From assembly GCA_017502875.1 (NCBI GenBank), contig JAFVUF010000023.1, positions 3,020-67,019 of the forward strand: 64,000 nucleotides of DNA. Reading direction: 5' to 3'. This document shows positions 9,721 through 17,256 of the stretch, piece after piece (position 1 is the first letter of the stretch; every line of letters starts with the position of its first letter). The position numbers and the translations under genes were made by a program. Origin of the DNA: Clostridia bacterium (GTDB taxonomy: Bacteria; Bacillota; Clostridia; Oscillospirales; CAG-272). The notes below the pieces were generated by a model. It did not search any database. It saw only the letters and a program-made list of their open reading frames with translations, and had not been told where the DNA came from.

Positions 9721-10686
9721 TTATTTCTTCTGTACGAGGTGAATTGCGAATCCGAAGAAATCGTCCTCGAAATAGATAGCTACGAGTCCGCCCTTGTCGT
9801 TGTACTTAGCGGAAGCCTCGTTAAACTTGAAGCCGTTGCGCTTGAAATAATCAACGGCGCGGTCAATAAAGTTAGTGGAGATAGCAATGTGTCCCTTCTT
9901 ACCGAGATAAGGCTCCTTCATAAACTCAAACTGGCTATCGGCAAATATAGAGCTATTGCCCTCTTTTGCGGTCATACCGAACATCTTCTCCATAAGAAGC
10001 GCAGCCTTTTTAGCCTCGTCAGCGTTTTCGCAGTTAACACCGATATGAGCAAGCTTGAAGCCAAGCATAGTGGTCATAGCGAGCTTAACGTCAGCAGTTA
10101 TGAGGTCAAAGCGATTCTCAGCAATGTACTTATTCTTTACCATAAAGCTGCCGCCGCAGGCAAGAACGTTTTTAAGAGTGAGATAGTCCATAAGGTTCTT
10201 CTCATCAATTCCGCCGGTTGGCATAAAGGTGATTCCAGCGTAAGGACCGCCCATAGAAGAAAGCATAGCGACTCCGCCCGCTGCTTCTGCAGGGAAGAAC
10301 TTAACTGTATCAAGACCAAGCTCGATTGCCGCCTCAACGTCGGAAGGACGGGACGTACCGGGAACTATCGGTATATTCTTCTCTACGCAATACGCGACGA
10401 CCTTAGGATTAAAGCCGGGGCTAACGATGAATTTAGAGCCTGCCGCAACTGCCTGATCAACCTGCTCAGTAGTGAGAACAGTGCCTGCGCCTACAAGCAT
10501 ATCAGGAAACTCCTTAGTAATACGGGCGATTGCTTCAGCAGCGCACTTAGTACGGAAAGTAATCTCAGCAACGGGAAGACCTCCGTCGCAAAGAGCCTTC
10601 GCAAGCGGTACGGCCTTTTCGGGATCGTCAATCTTGATTACGGGCACAAGACCGTAAGAGCCGATTTCTTTGCAAATCTGATTCAT
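9721..10686 (-). CDS. eda: KDPG/KHG aldolase (Eda) fused to a C-terminal VOC/glyoxalase-like domain
   Basis: The N-terminal ~210 aa is Eda-like (GLPVAEITFRT, GAGTVLT, VSPG, KFFPAE). The C-terminal ~115 aa (LAHIGVNCEN...HIAISTN...FGFAIHLV) looks like a VOC fold. ATG at 10686 with a GGAGGA RBS is preferred over the TTG at 10701. Confidence 0.8.
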   Translation of the reverse strand: MNQICKEIGSYGLVPVIKIDDPEKAVPLAKALCDGGLPVAEITFRTKCAAEAIARITKEFPDMLVGAGTVLTTEQVDQAVAAGSKFIVSPGFNPKVVAYCVEKNIPIVPGTSRPSDVEAAIELGLDTVKFFPAEAAGGVAMLSSMGGPYAGITFMPTGGIDEKNLMDYLTLKNVLACGGSFMVKNKYIAENRFDLITADVKLAMTTMLGFKLAHIGVNCENADEAKKAALLMEKMFGMTAKEGNSSIFADSQFEFMKEPYLGKKGHIAISTNFIDRAVDYFKRNGFKFNEASAKYNDKGGLVAIYFEDDFFGFAIHLVQKK

Positions 10687-10713
10687 TTTTGTATCCTCCA
10701 AAATTTTAATATT

Positions 10714-11355
10714 TTAATTGTCAATTAAAGGCGGGAACGGGTTGTCCGGATCATATCCATGCGAGAGCATAATCTCGTTATAAACTCGCTCAAAATCTTT
10801 GCGCGCGCCCCCATAAGTTTCATTATACACTATCTTTGTAGAATTTTCAATATAAAAATCATTATTTTTTTGATTTTTTATTCTTTTTTTAACTTCGTCC
10901 TCGGTAAAACCGTTCCTTTTCATTAAACGCTTTATTCTTGTTTTATCATTTGCTACGACACAAACTATCTCGCTACACTTTTTATAAAAGCCGCTTTCAA
11001 ACATCAAAGGAACCTCAACGACTGTAATAGGCTTTCCCTTTGCTATGTTCAAATAAAATCTTCTTGTAATCATTTCAATAACGTGCTTATGCGTAAGCTC
11101 ATTAAGCCGATGAAGCTTATCAGAATCTGAAAAAACAATATCGGCAAGAGAAGGTCTGTTAAGAGAGCCGTCCTCATTAATTACTGCTGAACCGAATTCT
11201 TTTTCAAGCTCCTCGGTAAGCTCAGTTCGCTTGTTCGTAAGTGAATGATAAATCCTATCGGCGTCCACTGTCGGTAGACCTTTTTCTTTAAAAAGCCTTG
11301 TAACGTAGCTTTTTCCGGAACCTATAGTCCCGGTAACTCCAATTATCATAGCCAA
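10714..11355 (-). CDS. coaE: dephospho-CoA kinase
   Basis: 213 aa with P-loop IGVTGTIGSGKS and CoaE-like order and length. Confidence 0.9.
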   Translation of the reverse strand: MAMIIGVTGTIGSGKSYVTRLFKEKGLPTVDADRIYHSLTNKRTELTEELEKEFGSAVINEDGSLNRPSLADIVFSDSDKLHRLNELTHKHVIEMITRRFYLNIAKGKPITVVEVPLMFESGFYKKCSEIVCVVANDKTRIKRLMKRNGFTEDEVKKRIKNQKNNDFYIENSTKIVYNETYGGARKDFERVYNEIMLSHGYDPDNPFPPLIDN

Positions 11356-11393
11356 AATATCACCACCAAATTATCAGTTATACACTATCATTA

Positions 11394-12497
11394 TCACCAA
11401 TTATCACTATTTATCGCTTTTTCAAGAACTAACTGCACCTTAGCTCCATCATCAATTGACGGCGAAGCCTGCTTACCGAGATGACAAGAATTCAAGAAAG
11501 AATACATACTGTGAAGATGTCCGCGAAGCCAACCGATAGGCGCTTTAAAGGATGGGAAAATTCCGCCGGGAAGCTCGTATCTGCCGCAGCACTCAATTCT
11601 TGTAAAGCCCCGTTCACCGCCGAAGCTTCCCCCCTCAGCCTCCGAGTTATAAAAGTAAAGCCAATTCGGCTCGATAAGCGAAAACCTAATCGAGCCCTTC
11701 TCTCCGTAAACAGCGAGATTAATATCGTCGTTGGCTCCTACCGCAACCTTACTTGCTTCGATAGTGCCAATTGCACCGTCCTTGGTTTCGCATATCATAT
11801 AAAACGCTTCGTCCGCGTTTGTTTGCCAAGACGCGCCATCAGCTCCCTTTCGTATAGGATAGGCAATCTGGCTCTTACCCTTGACATTCACGATATCTCC
11901 GCAAAGATAGTATATAAGATCCACCGCGTGCGAACCAAGGTCAAAAAGCGTACCCGCGCCGCAAATATCCTTGTTTTGCTTCCAACCCGCGTTTTTATTC
12001 GGGTCAGCGGCGCTTGAATGTAGATACTCGCACCTGAATGAGATAATTCTGCCGAGCTTTTTGCAGTCTATAAGCTCCCTTGCTTTCATTATCGCAGGCA
12101 AAAATCGGTTATTAAATACCATCTGAGTGGTTATATTCTTCCCTTTTACAAGTTCAGCTATCTCCTTCGCCTGCCCGTAGTTAACGCACAGAGGCTTTTC
12201 ACAGTAAACGTGCTTGCCGGCGCTTATAGACTTTTTAAGCGTTTCGTAATGATAGATATTAGGTGTGCAAATGTCAATTATATCTATATCCGGATCGTTA
12301 ATAATATCGTCCTCGTTTACAGTATATTTACCTATTCCGAGAAAGTCAGCCGCTTTTTTTGCGCTCTCAATTTTAGATGTGCAAACTGCGGAATATTCAG
12401 CAGAAAAAGGCAGGTCTTTGTAGAAATAATTTAAATTGTTTACGCACCAGGAGTGTGTTTTTCCCATTGAACCGAAGCCGATAAGCCCTATCTTCAC
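11394..12497 (-). CDS. Gfo/Idh/MocA-family NAD(P)-dependent oxidoreductase
   Basis: 367 aa with an N-terminal Rossmann motif MKIGLIGFGSMGKTH and an EKPL motif (YCEKPLC). GTG start follows GGAGGA. Confidence 0.85.
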   Translation of the reverse strand: MKIGLIGFGSMGKTHSWCVNNLNYFYKDLPFSAEYSAVCTSKIESAKKAADFLGIGKYTVNEDDIINDPDIDIIDICTPNIYHYETLKKSISAGKHVYCEKPLCVNYGQAKEIAELVKGKNITTQMVFNNRFLPAIMKARELIDCKKLGRIISFRCEYLHSSAADPNKNAGWKQNKDICGAGTLFDLGSHAVDLIYYLCGDIVNVKGKSQIAYPIRKGADGASWQTNADEAFYMICETKDGAIGTIEASKVAVGANDDINLAVYGEKGSIRFSLIEPNWLYFYNSEAEGGSFGGERGFTRIECCGRYELPGGIFPSFKAPIGWLRGHLHSMYSFLNSCHLGKQASPSIDDGAKVQLVLEKAINSDNW

Positions 12498-12585
12498 GAA
12501 TAATCCTCCAAACAGTATTTAAGCATTAACTAAACTCATTATATATTATTTTTTTCAAAAAAACAATACTTTTTTGTAAATCCTC

Positions 12586-12614
12586 TTGATTTTTGAAAAA
12601 AAGTGTGTTATAAT
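12586..12614 (+). promoter_or_regulatory. sigma-A-type promoter (TTGATT-17 nt-TATAAT, TGn extended -10)
   Basis: Read directly: TTGATT at 12586-12591, a 17-nt spacer ending in TGT, TATAAT at 12609-12614. Confidence 0.7.
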
Positions 12615-12620
12615 ACAAAA

Positions 12621-12836
12621 GCTTGTGAAATTGATTAATACGGAAGCGTATCGAAGTGGGGACGCTTGCGAGCGCTGCCGGTGGCAGATTAAGCGAGCAA
12701 TAAGGAGTGGCAGCGGTCGAATAAAACCGAGCGCCTACGGTTGCGATGGTTTTTTCGGGAACCGCAACAGGACATAACGGGACTTCCCGTAAGTAATTCA
12801 CAAATATTTATCTCTCACGTAGAGCTTAAATTATAC
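12621..12836 (+). ncRNA. candidate structured leader or ncRNA carrying a split duplication of the tRNA-Ser 5' end
   Basis: A 22-nt stretch (12638-12659) is identical to 12833-12854. It is followed by a GC-rich insert of about 110 nt, then 15 nt (12770-12784) matching tRNA nt 17-31 with 1 mismatch. Several local hairpins are present, and a 5'/3' closing helix is possible. No terminator precedes the tRNA. Confidence 0.35.
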
Positions 12837-12925
12837 GGAAGCGTATCGAAGTGGTCATAACGGGACTGACTCGAAATCAGTTGTACCTCACGGTACCGTG
12901 GGTTCGAATCCCACCGCTTCCGCCA
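12837..12925 (+). tRNA. tRNA-Ser (anticodon CGA), CCA encoded
   Basis: Acceptor GGAAGCG/CGCTTCC, anticodon arm ACTGA-CTCGAAA-TCAGT, long variable arm, T arm GTGGG-TTCGAAT-CCCAC, then G-CCA. Confidence 0.93.
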
Positions 12926-12948
12926 AACGCGGCTTTGCCCGCAACAAG

Positions 12949-12978
12949 AATGGCTATCTTAATTGGATAGCCATTTTC
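12949..12978 (+). terminator. intrinsic terminator after tRNA-Ser
   Basis: A 9-bp stem ATGGCTATC/GATAGCCAT is followed by TTTT. Confidence 0.75.
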
Positions 12979-13055
12979 TATTAATCTCATTTTTTGAATA
13001 AACAAGAATATTGAGTATTAAATAAAGGAACACTATTTAAAAAAGGAGACGTCAA

Positions 13056-13226
13056 ATGGAAAAGAAAAATATTAAAAAAGACGAAAAAAAAGAAATAAAG
13101 TGGGCGCAGGAATGCCTAAACAATGAGCAGCAGAATAAAATTAATACTGATCCTCAGGGGTCTTGGACTGGCGTACCGACAGATGACCCATACGGAAAAC
13201 CTATTCAGGACGCTGACGACCTTTGA
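13056..13226 (+). CDS. small hypothetical protein, 56 aa (below ORF-track cutoff)
   Basis: A GGAG RBS lies 8 nt upstream of the ATG. Translation is MEKKNIKKDEKKEIKWAQECLNNEQQNKINTDPQGSWTGVPTDDPYGKPIQDADDL. A dedicated terminator lies directly downstream. Confidence 0.5.
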   Translation: MEKKNIKKDEKKEIKWAQECLNNEQQNKINTDPQGSWTGVPTDDPYGKPIQDADDL

Positions 13227-13235
13227 GCTTAGCAT

Positions 13236-13265
13236 ATAAAAAGACCGCAATCGCGGTCTTTTTAG
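13236..13265. terminator. bidirectional intrinsic terminator
   Basis: Stem AAGACCGC/GCGGTCTT is flanked by an A-run and a T-run. It sits between the convergent small ORF and the phosphatase gene. Confidence 0.7.
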
Positions 13266-13723
13266 TTATACATTTTTTTATAAAGCGCGGAACAGCCCTC
13301 ATATATATCCGCGTAAGCGATATCAAAGCGGTTGCTGTACCAGGGGTCAGCAACGTCGCGCGGTCGGTCGGTAAGCTCCATAAGCCTTTTGACCTTGCGC
13401 TGCGGGTCTGAACCAAATATTTTTAACGTATTTCGCACGTTTGCAGAATCCATACAAAGAAAAATATCAAAGTATTCATAATCGCTTTTTTGGAGCTGAA
13501 CGGCGCGCTTCCCATCGCACGAAATTCCATGCTTTTTAAGCTCCTCCCTCGCGGGCGGATAAACGGGATTACCTACACCGTTCCAAATTTCCTCTGTGCT
13601 TGTTGCTGAGGAGCATACTGTAACGTCATTTATTCCGTTTTCTCTTAGCATAGCCTTGAATATAAACTCAGCCATAGGACTTCGGCATATATTTCCATGA
13701 CAAACGAACATTATTCTTTTCAT
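13262..13723 (-). CDS. low-molecular-weight protein-tyrosine phosphatase
   Basis: 153 aa with the CX5R(S) P-loop VCHGNICRSPMAE at the N-terminus and a DPW/DP loop near the C-terminus. Confidence 0.9.
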   Translation of the reverse strand: MKRIMFVCHGNICRSPMAEFIFKAMLRENGINDVTVCSSATSTEEIWNGVGNPVYPPAREELKKHGISCDGKRAVQLQKSDYEYFDIFLCMDSANVRNTLKIFGSDPQRKVKRLMELTDRPRDVADPWYSNRFDIAYADIYEGCSALYKKMYN

Positions 13724-13733
13724 ATGTCTTACC

Positions 13734-14267
13734 TTAAAGCGTTACGTAAATGACGGTATTTTTAAGCGCTGGAATAATTTTTCCTACGAGATCAGACACA
13801 CTTATTCTGATACTTGACGTATTAACGCAAGGATGAACACCGATGTATTCGGCGGAAATAACAGCTTCATCTATCAATAAAACCACATTATTATCAATAT
13901 CATTGATTAATCCAAGCACAGTTGCCGAACCGGGCGTAAGATCAAGTAACCTTTCCATATCCTCTCCTGAGGCAAACGAAAGACGCGATGAGCCTATCTG
14001 ACTTGATATGTCCTTCGTTTTAAATTGCTTGTCCCCGGGCATAAGCAAAAGGTAGAATTCCGTCTTCTGACGGTTACAAAGAAAAAGGTTTTTGCACATA
14101 GAAGCGCAAAGCGTTTTATCAATTTCAACGCATGCATCCATCGTCATTGCAGGCTCGTGATCTATTCTTTTATACTCTACCCCAAGACCGTCAAGAAAAT
14201 CGTACGCCTTTATTTCCTTTGCTGCTCTGCCGCTTTCACTTATCGGTCTTCCGTTAAATAGCTCCAT
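13734..14267 (-). CDS. YbaK/ProX-type aminoacyl-tRNA editing domain protein
   Basis: 177 aa. Size and motifs (KNLFLCNRQ, LLLMPGDK, GSATVLG) are typical of prolyl-tRNA-synthetase-associated editing domains. Confidence 0.8.
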   Translation of the reverse strand: MELFNGRPISESGRAAKEIKAYDFLDGLGVEYKRIDHEPAMTMDACVEIDKTLCASMCKNLFLCNRQKTEFYLLLMPGDKQFKTKDISSQIGSSRLSFASGEDMERLLDLTPGSATVLGLINDIDNNVVLLIDEAVISAEYIGVHPCVNTSSIRISVSDLVGKIIPALKNTVIYVTL

Positions 14268-14291
14268 TATTGTAATCCCCTGAGTTTTTAC

Positions 14292-15218
14292 TTAGATTTC
14301 TACCAGGCTATGCGGAGCCACAATCCTCTTAACGCCGTCAACCGTTATATAAACGGCAATATCCGAGGTGTTTTCAACCTTGTCCTCGCTTATTTTGAGC
14401 GCTTTTACAGCGTCCTCGTAACTAAACGCCTCATAAACTGTGCAGTACCAATAATCACTCGGTCTGTCTCCGTATTTTTCCGCAAACTCAACAAGCTCGT
14501 TCCAGTTTCCACTTCTTTCAAAATCAAACGAATGAACTCCGAAGCAGAAGAATTTCAGCTCGCCGTCATCTTCGTACTCCTCATACATTTTCGCAACGTC
14601 AAGAAGCGCTGTATTGTTCGCATTATAGCTCCAATTATTTCTATCCTTCGGAATAGCGAAGCCGTCCTTATCAACTGTATTCCCCGTAATACGAAGTCCG
14701 TAGAAGCCCATTTTACAAAGCTCCTCGTATACCTGCATATTGGGTTGCTTTCCGTATGGCCAGACAAAGCCCTTTACGCTACCTTCACCAAAAATAGCCT
14801 CAAGCTCGTCATTGCACTCCTTTGTGAAACGGATATAATCCTTAGCGCCGCAACCAAACCTCCACGATTTACCCTTACTTATGTAGTACAAGCCGTCTAC
14901 GTCTGTTTTATACGTTAAAGAATAATCCGCACTTTCCCTGCAAAACGGAGCATCAGTGATTTTATATTCTACTCCGTCAATAAAAGGCTGAGGGTGATAT
15001 TTAACATGATTGGATATTTCAAATCCGTCGTAAAAATCTCGGTAGCCCTGCGCATCAAAAGCATTCAGATTATCAGATAAAAGATTAAAGGTTCCTCTTA
15101 TACCGTGAGGCTTCACAATATCAATAAATTTCTTATCCATAGTAACATTGCCGTCGTCTATGGAAAAGGTTATTGCCTTTCTTGAATAATTAGGGTAAAA
15201 AACTTCAATTTTACTCAT
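14292..15218 (-). CDS. polysaccharide-deacetylase-like (NodB-type FSIDDG) protein, tandem paralog A
   Basis: 308 aa with ITFSIDDGN and NHVKYHP motifs. It is a paralog of the next gene. Confidence 0.55.
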   Translation of the reverse strand: MSKIEVFYPNYSRKAITFSIDDGNVTMDKKFIDIVKPHGIRGTFNLLSDNLNAFDAQGYRDFYDGFEISNHVKYHPQPFIDGVEYKITDAPFCRESADYSLTYKTDVDGLYYISKGKSWRFGCGAKDYIRFTKECNDELEAIFGEGSVKGFVWPYGKQPNMQVYEELCKMGFYGLRITGNTVDKDGFAIPKDRNNWSYNANNTALLDVAKMYEEYEDDGELKFFCFGVHSFDFERSGNWNELVEFAEKYGDRPSDYWYCTVYEAFSYEDAVKALKISEDKVENTSDIAVYITVDGVKRIVAPHSLVEI

Positions 15219-15257
15219 ATGATCACATCCTCTTATGTGTTTAAAATTTAAACGCTA

Positions 15258-16184
15258 TCAAAGCTCGATTTTGCTATGCGCAGGAACTGTTGTCTTTACT
15301 CCGTCAACGGTTATATAAACGGCAATATCCGAGGTGTTTTCTACCTTGTCCTCGCTTATTTTAAGCGCTTTTACAGCGTCCTCGTAACTAAACGCCTCGT
15401 AAACCGTACAGTACCAATAATCACTCGGTCTGTCTCCGTATTTTTCAGCAAACTCAACAAGGTCATTCCAGTTTCCGCTTCTCTCAAAATCTATCGAATG
15501 TACGCCGAAGCAGAAGAATTTAAGCTCGCCGTCATCGGGATACTCCTCATACATTTTAGCAACCTTGAGCAGCGCTAAGTTGCTTGCGTTATAGCTCCAA
15601 TCATTTCTATCCTTCGGAATAGCAAAGCCGTCCCTATCGTAAACGTCGCCGCCGTTGCGAATTGAATAAAATCCCATTTTAGAAAGCTCATTACATACGT
15701 TCATATTGTTTTGCTTACCGTATGGCCAGACAAAACCTCTTACGCTTCCTTTGCCAAAGACCGCTTCAAGCTCCTCATTACACTCCTTGGTAAATCGGAT
15801 ATAATCGTCATCTCCGCAAACATGTCGCCACCGTCTTATTATGTGCAGTAGATAAAGCCCGTCTACGCCAGACTCATATATAAGAGAAGGGTCCGCGCTT
15901 TCAGGTGAAAACGGAACATCGGCAAACTTATATTCTTTGCCGTCGATAAACGGAAACGGATGATACTTAACGTGATTAGCTATTTCAAAGCCATCATAAA
16001 AATCGCGGTAGCCCTGCGCGTCAAACGCGCCTAAATTATGAGAGCAAAGGTTAAATGTTCCTTTTATGCCGTGAGGCTTCACAATGTCAATAAATTTCTT
16101 ATCCATCGGAACGTTGCCGTCGTCTATTGAAAAGGTTATCGCTTTTCTGGAATAATTCGGGTAAAAGATTTCGATTTTGCTCAT
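15258..16184 (-). CDS. polysaccharide-deacetylase-like protein, tandem paralog B
   Basis: 308 aa, colinear with paralog A. The 3' ends are nearly identical at nucleotide level. Confidence 0.55.
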   Translation of the reverse strand: MSKIEIFYPNYSRKAITFSIDDGNVPMDKKFIDIVKPHGIKGTFNLCSHNLGAFDAQGYRDFYDGFEIANHVKYHPFPFIDGKEYKFADVPFSPESADPSLIYESGVDGLYLLHIIRRWRHVCGDDDYIRFTKECNEELEAVFGKGSVRGFVWPYGKQNNMNVCNELSKMGFYSIRNGGDVYDRDGFAIPKDRNDWSYNASNLALLKVAKMYEEYPDDGELKFFCFGVHSIDFERSGNWNDLVEFAEKYGDRPSDYWYCTVYEAFSYEDAVKALKISEDKVENTSDIAVYITVDGVKTTVPAHSKIEL

Positions 16185-16221
16185 AAATTCACCTCGTTTT
16201 ATATGAATATTATAAAATAAT

Positions 16222-17127
16222 TTAGCTCTTTATGCGGTAGGAGTCGACCTTATCGGCAAGATAACGCGCGGTTTCCGCCATAAAGCGCGCGGCAGCAGGC
16301 TTGAAACCGTCTTCAAAATTCTTTAAGAAATTATCCGCTTCAAGAGTAAGCTCGCCCTTGTAATCAATCTCTCCGAGAGCTTGACAAACCTTATCCCAGT
16401 TGATTTTCTGAATACCGGGAAGCGTGTGCAGGTCAGATACGTAATCAACGTCGTGAACGTGAAGCGCACCCAAGCGGTCGTGTCCGAGAATTCTTATAGC
16501 CTCATCCGGCTCGCGTCTGCAAAGAGCTACGTGTCCGATGTCTAAACATACCGTAAAAGCATCGGGGTCGTTTAACGTATCGTACATAGCGGCAAGCTCA
16601 TGTGGGTCAGCGCAGATATCGTCAATTATCTGCTTATTAACGTAATGTCTCTGCCACATGTTTTCTATTGCAATCTTCACTCCGTTTTCCTTAGCCATGG
16701 GAGCAAGACTCTTGTAAAATTCAATGTTAAGGTCAAAAATCTCTTTTTCATTGCCAAAATACTGACCTCGCTGAATGGGATGCACAATTATCTGTCTGAC
16801 ACCGAGCAGTCCGCAGAATTCAAAGACTCTTTGAAATTGAGGAATAAGATTTGTCGTGTAATTTTCAAAGCCGCCGCCAAAGGGAGCGTGCGCCTGATTA
16901 TAGATGACTCCTCTGCTGCTTGCGGCTGCTTTCATTTTAGCGGCTCTTTGCCTGTAATCATCTTCAAAAATATAACTGTAAATATCTCCGAAAAAAGACA
17001 TATCGAGCGCCGGATATCCTGCGTCCATAAGAAGCTTGTCGCCTTCTTCCTGTCCGAAGCTTTTGACCATTACGTGATTCTGTGTTGAAAAAATCATTGT
17101 TTTACTGTCCTTACTTTTAACTGTCAT
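16222..17127 (-). CDS. sugar phosphate isomerase/epimerase (xylose-isomerase-like TIM barrel)
   Basis: 301 aa with IVHP, IAIENM, DIGH and LHVHD metal-ligand-like motifs typical of the AP_endonuc_2 fold. Confidence 0.8.
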   Translation of the reverse strand: MTVKSKDSKTMIFSTQNHVMVKSFGQEEGDKLLMDAGYPALDMSFFGDIYSYIFEDDYRQRAAKMKAAASSRGVIYNQAHAPFGGGFENYTTNLIPQFQRVFEFCGLLGVRQIIVHPIQRGQYFGNEKEIFDLNIEFYKSLAPMAKENGVKIAIENMWQRHYVNKQIIDDICADPHELAAMYDTLNDPDAFTVCLDIGHVALCRREPDEAIRILGHDRLGALHVHDVDYVSDLHTLPGIQKINWDKVCQALGEIDYKGELTLEADNFLKNFEDGFKPAAARFMAETARYLADKVDSYRIKS

Positions 17128-17256
17128 TATTATAACATATGACTGTTAGATTTGCAATACTTATATGCAAAAAATTACTTTTTTTGAAATATGTATTTAC
17201 TTTTTAAATTTTATATGATAAAATATAAGTATTAGCATAAGAAAAGGAGTTTTTCA

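Noticed and set aside
9739-10728. 329-aa plus-strand ORF covering the whole eda gene in antisense
   Set aside because: It has no RBS and no recognisable domain, and its composition (Ser/Leu/Arg rich) is typical of a shadow frame. The minus-strand frame has clear Eda motifs.
12526-12801. ORFs of 91 aa (minus) and 63 aa (plus) over the tRNA-Ser leader region
   Set aside because: They span the promoter and the hairpin-rich RNA region, have no RBS, and have implausible Cys/Arg-rich sequences. The region is better explained as RNA.
12621-12836. Whether the leader RNA is a known family (SRP/4.5S, tmRNA, 6S, T-box, RNase P, self-cleaving ribozyme)
   Set aside because: I looked for GGAAGCAGCC-type SRP domain IV, the tmRNA tRNA-like 3' end, the T-box AGGGTGGTACCGCG motif and the hammerhead CUGAUGA...GAAA motif. 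None is present. A 6S-like closed helix is possible but cannot be established by eye, so the region is left as unknown rather than named.
17128-17256. c-di-AMP (ydaO/kimA) riboswitch upstream of trkA
   Set aside because: The 129-nt region is almost pure AT with no conserved GC-rich helices or ACGGGGA-type motifs. Only promoter-like elements are present.
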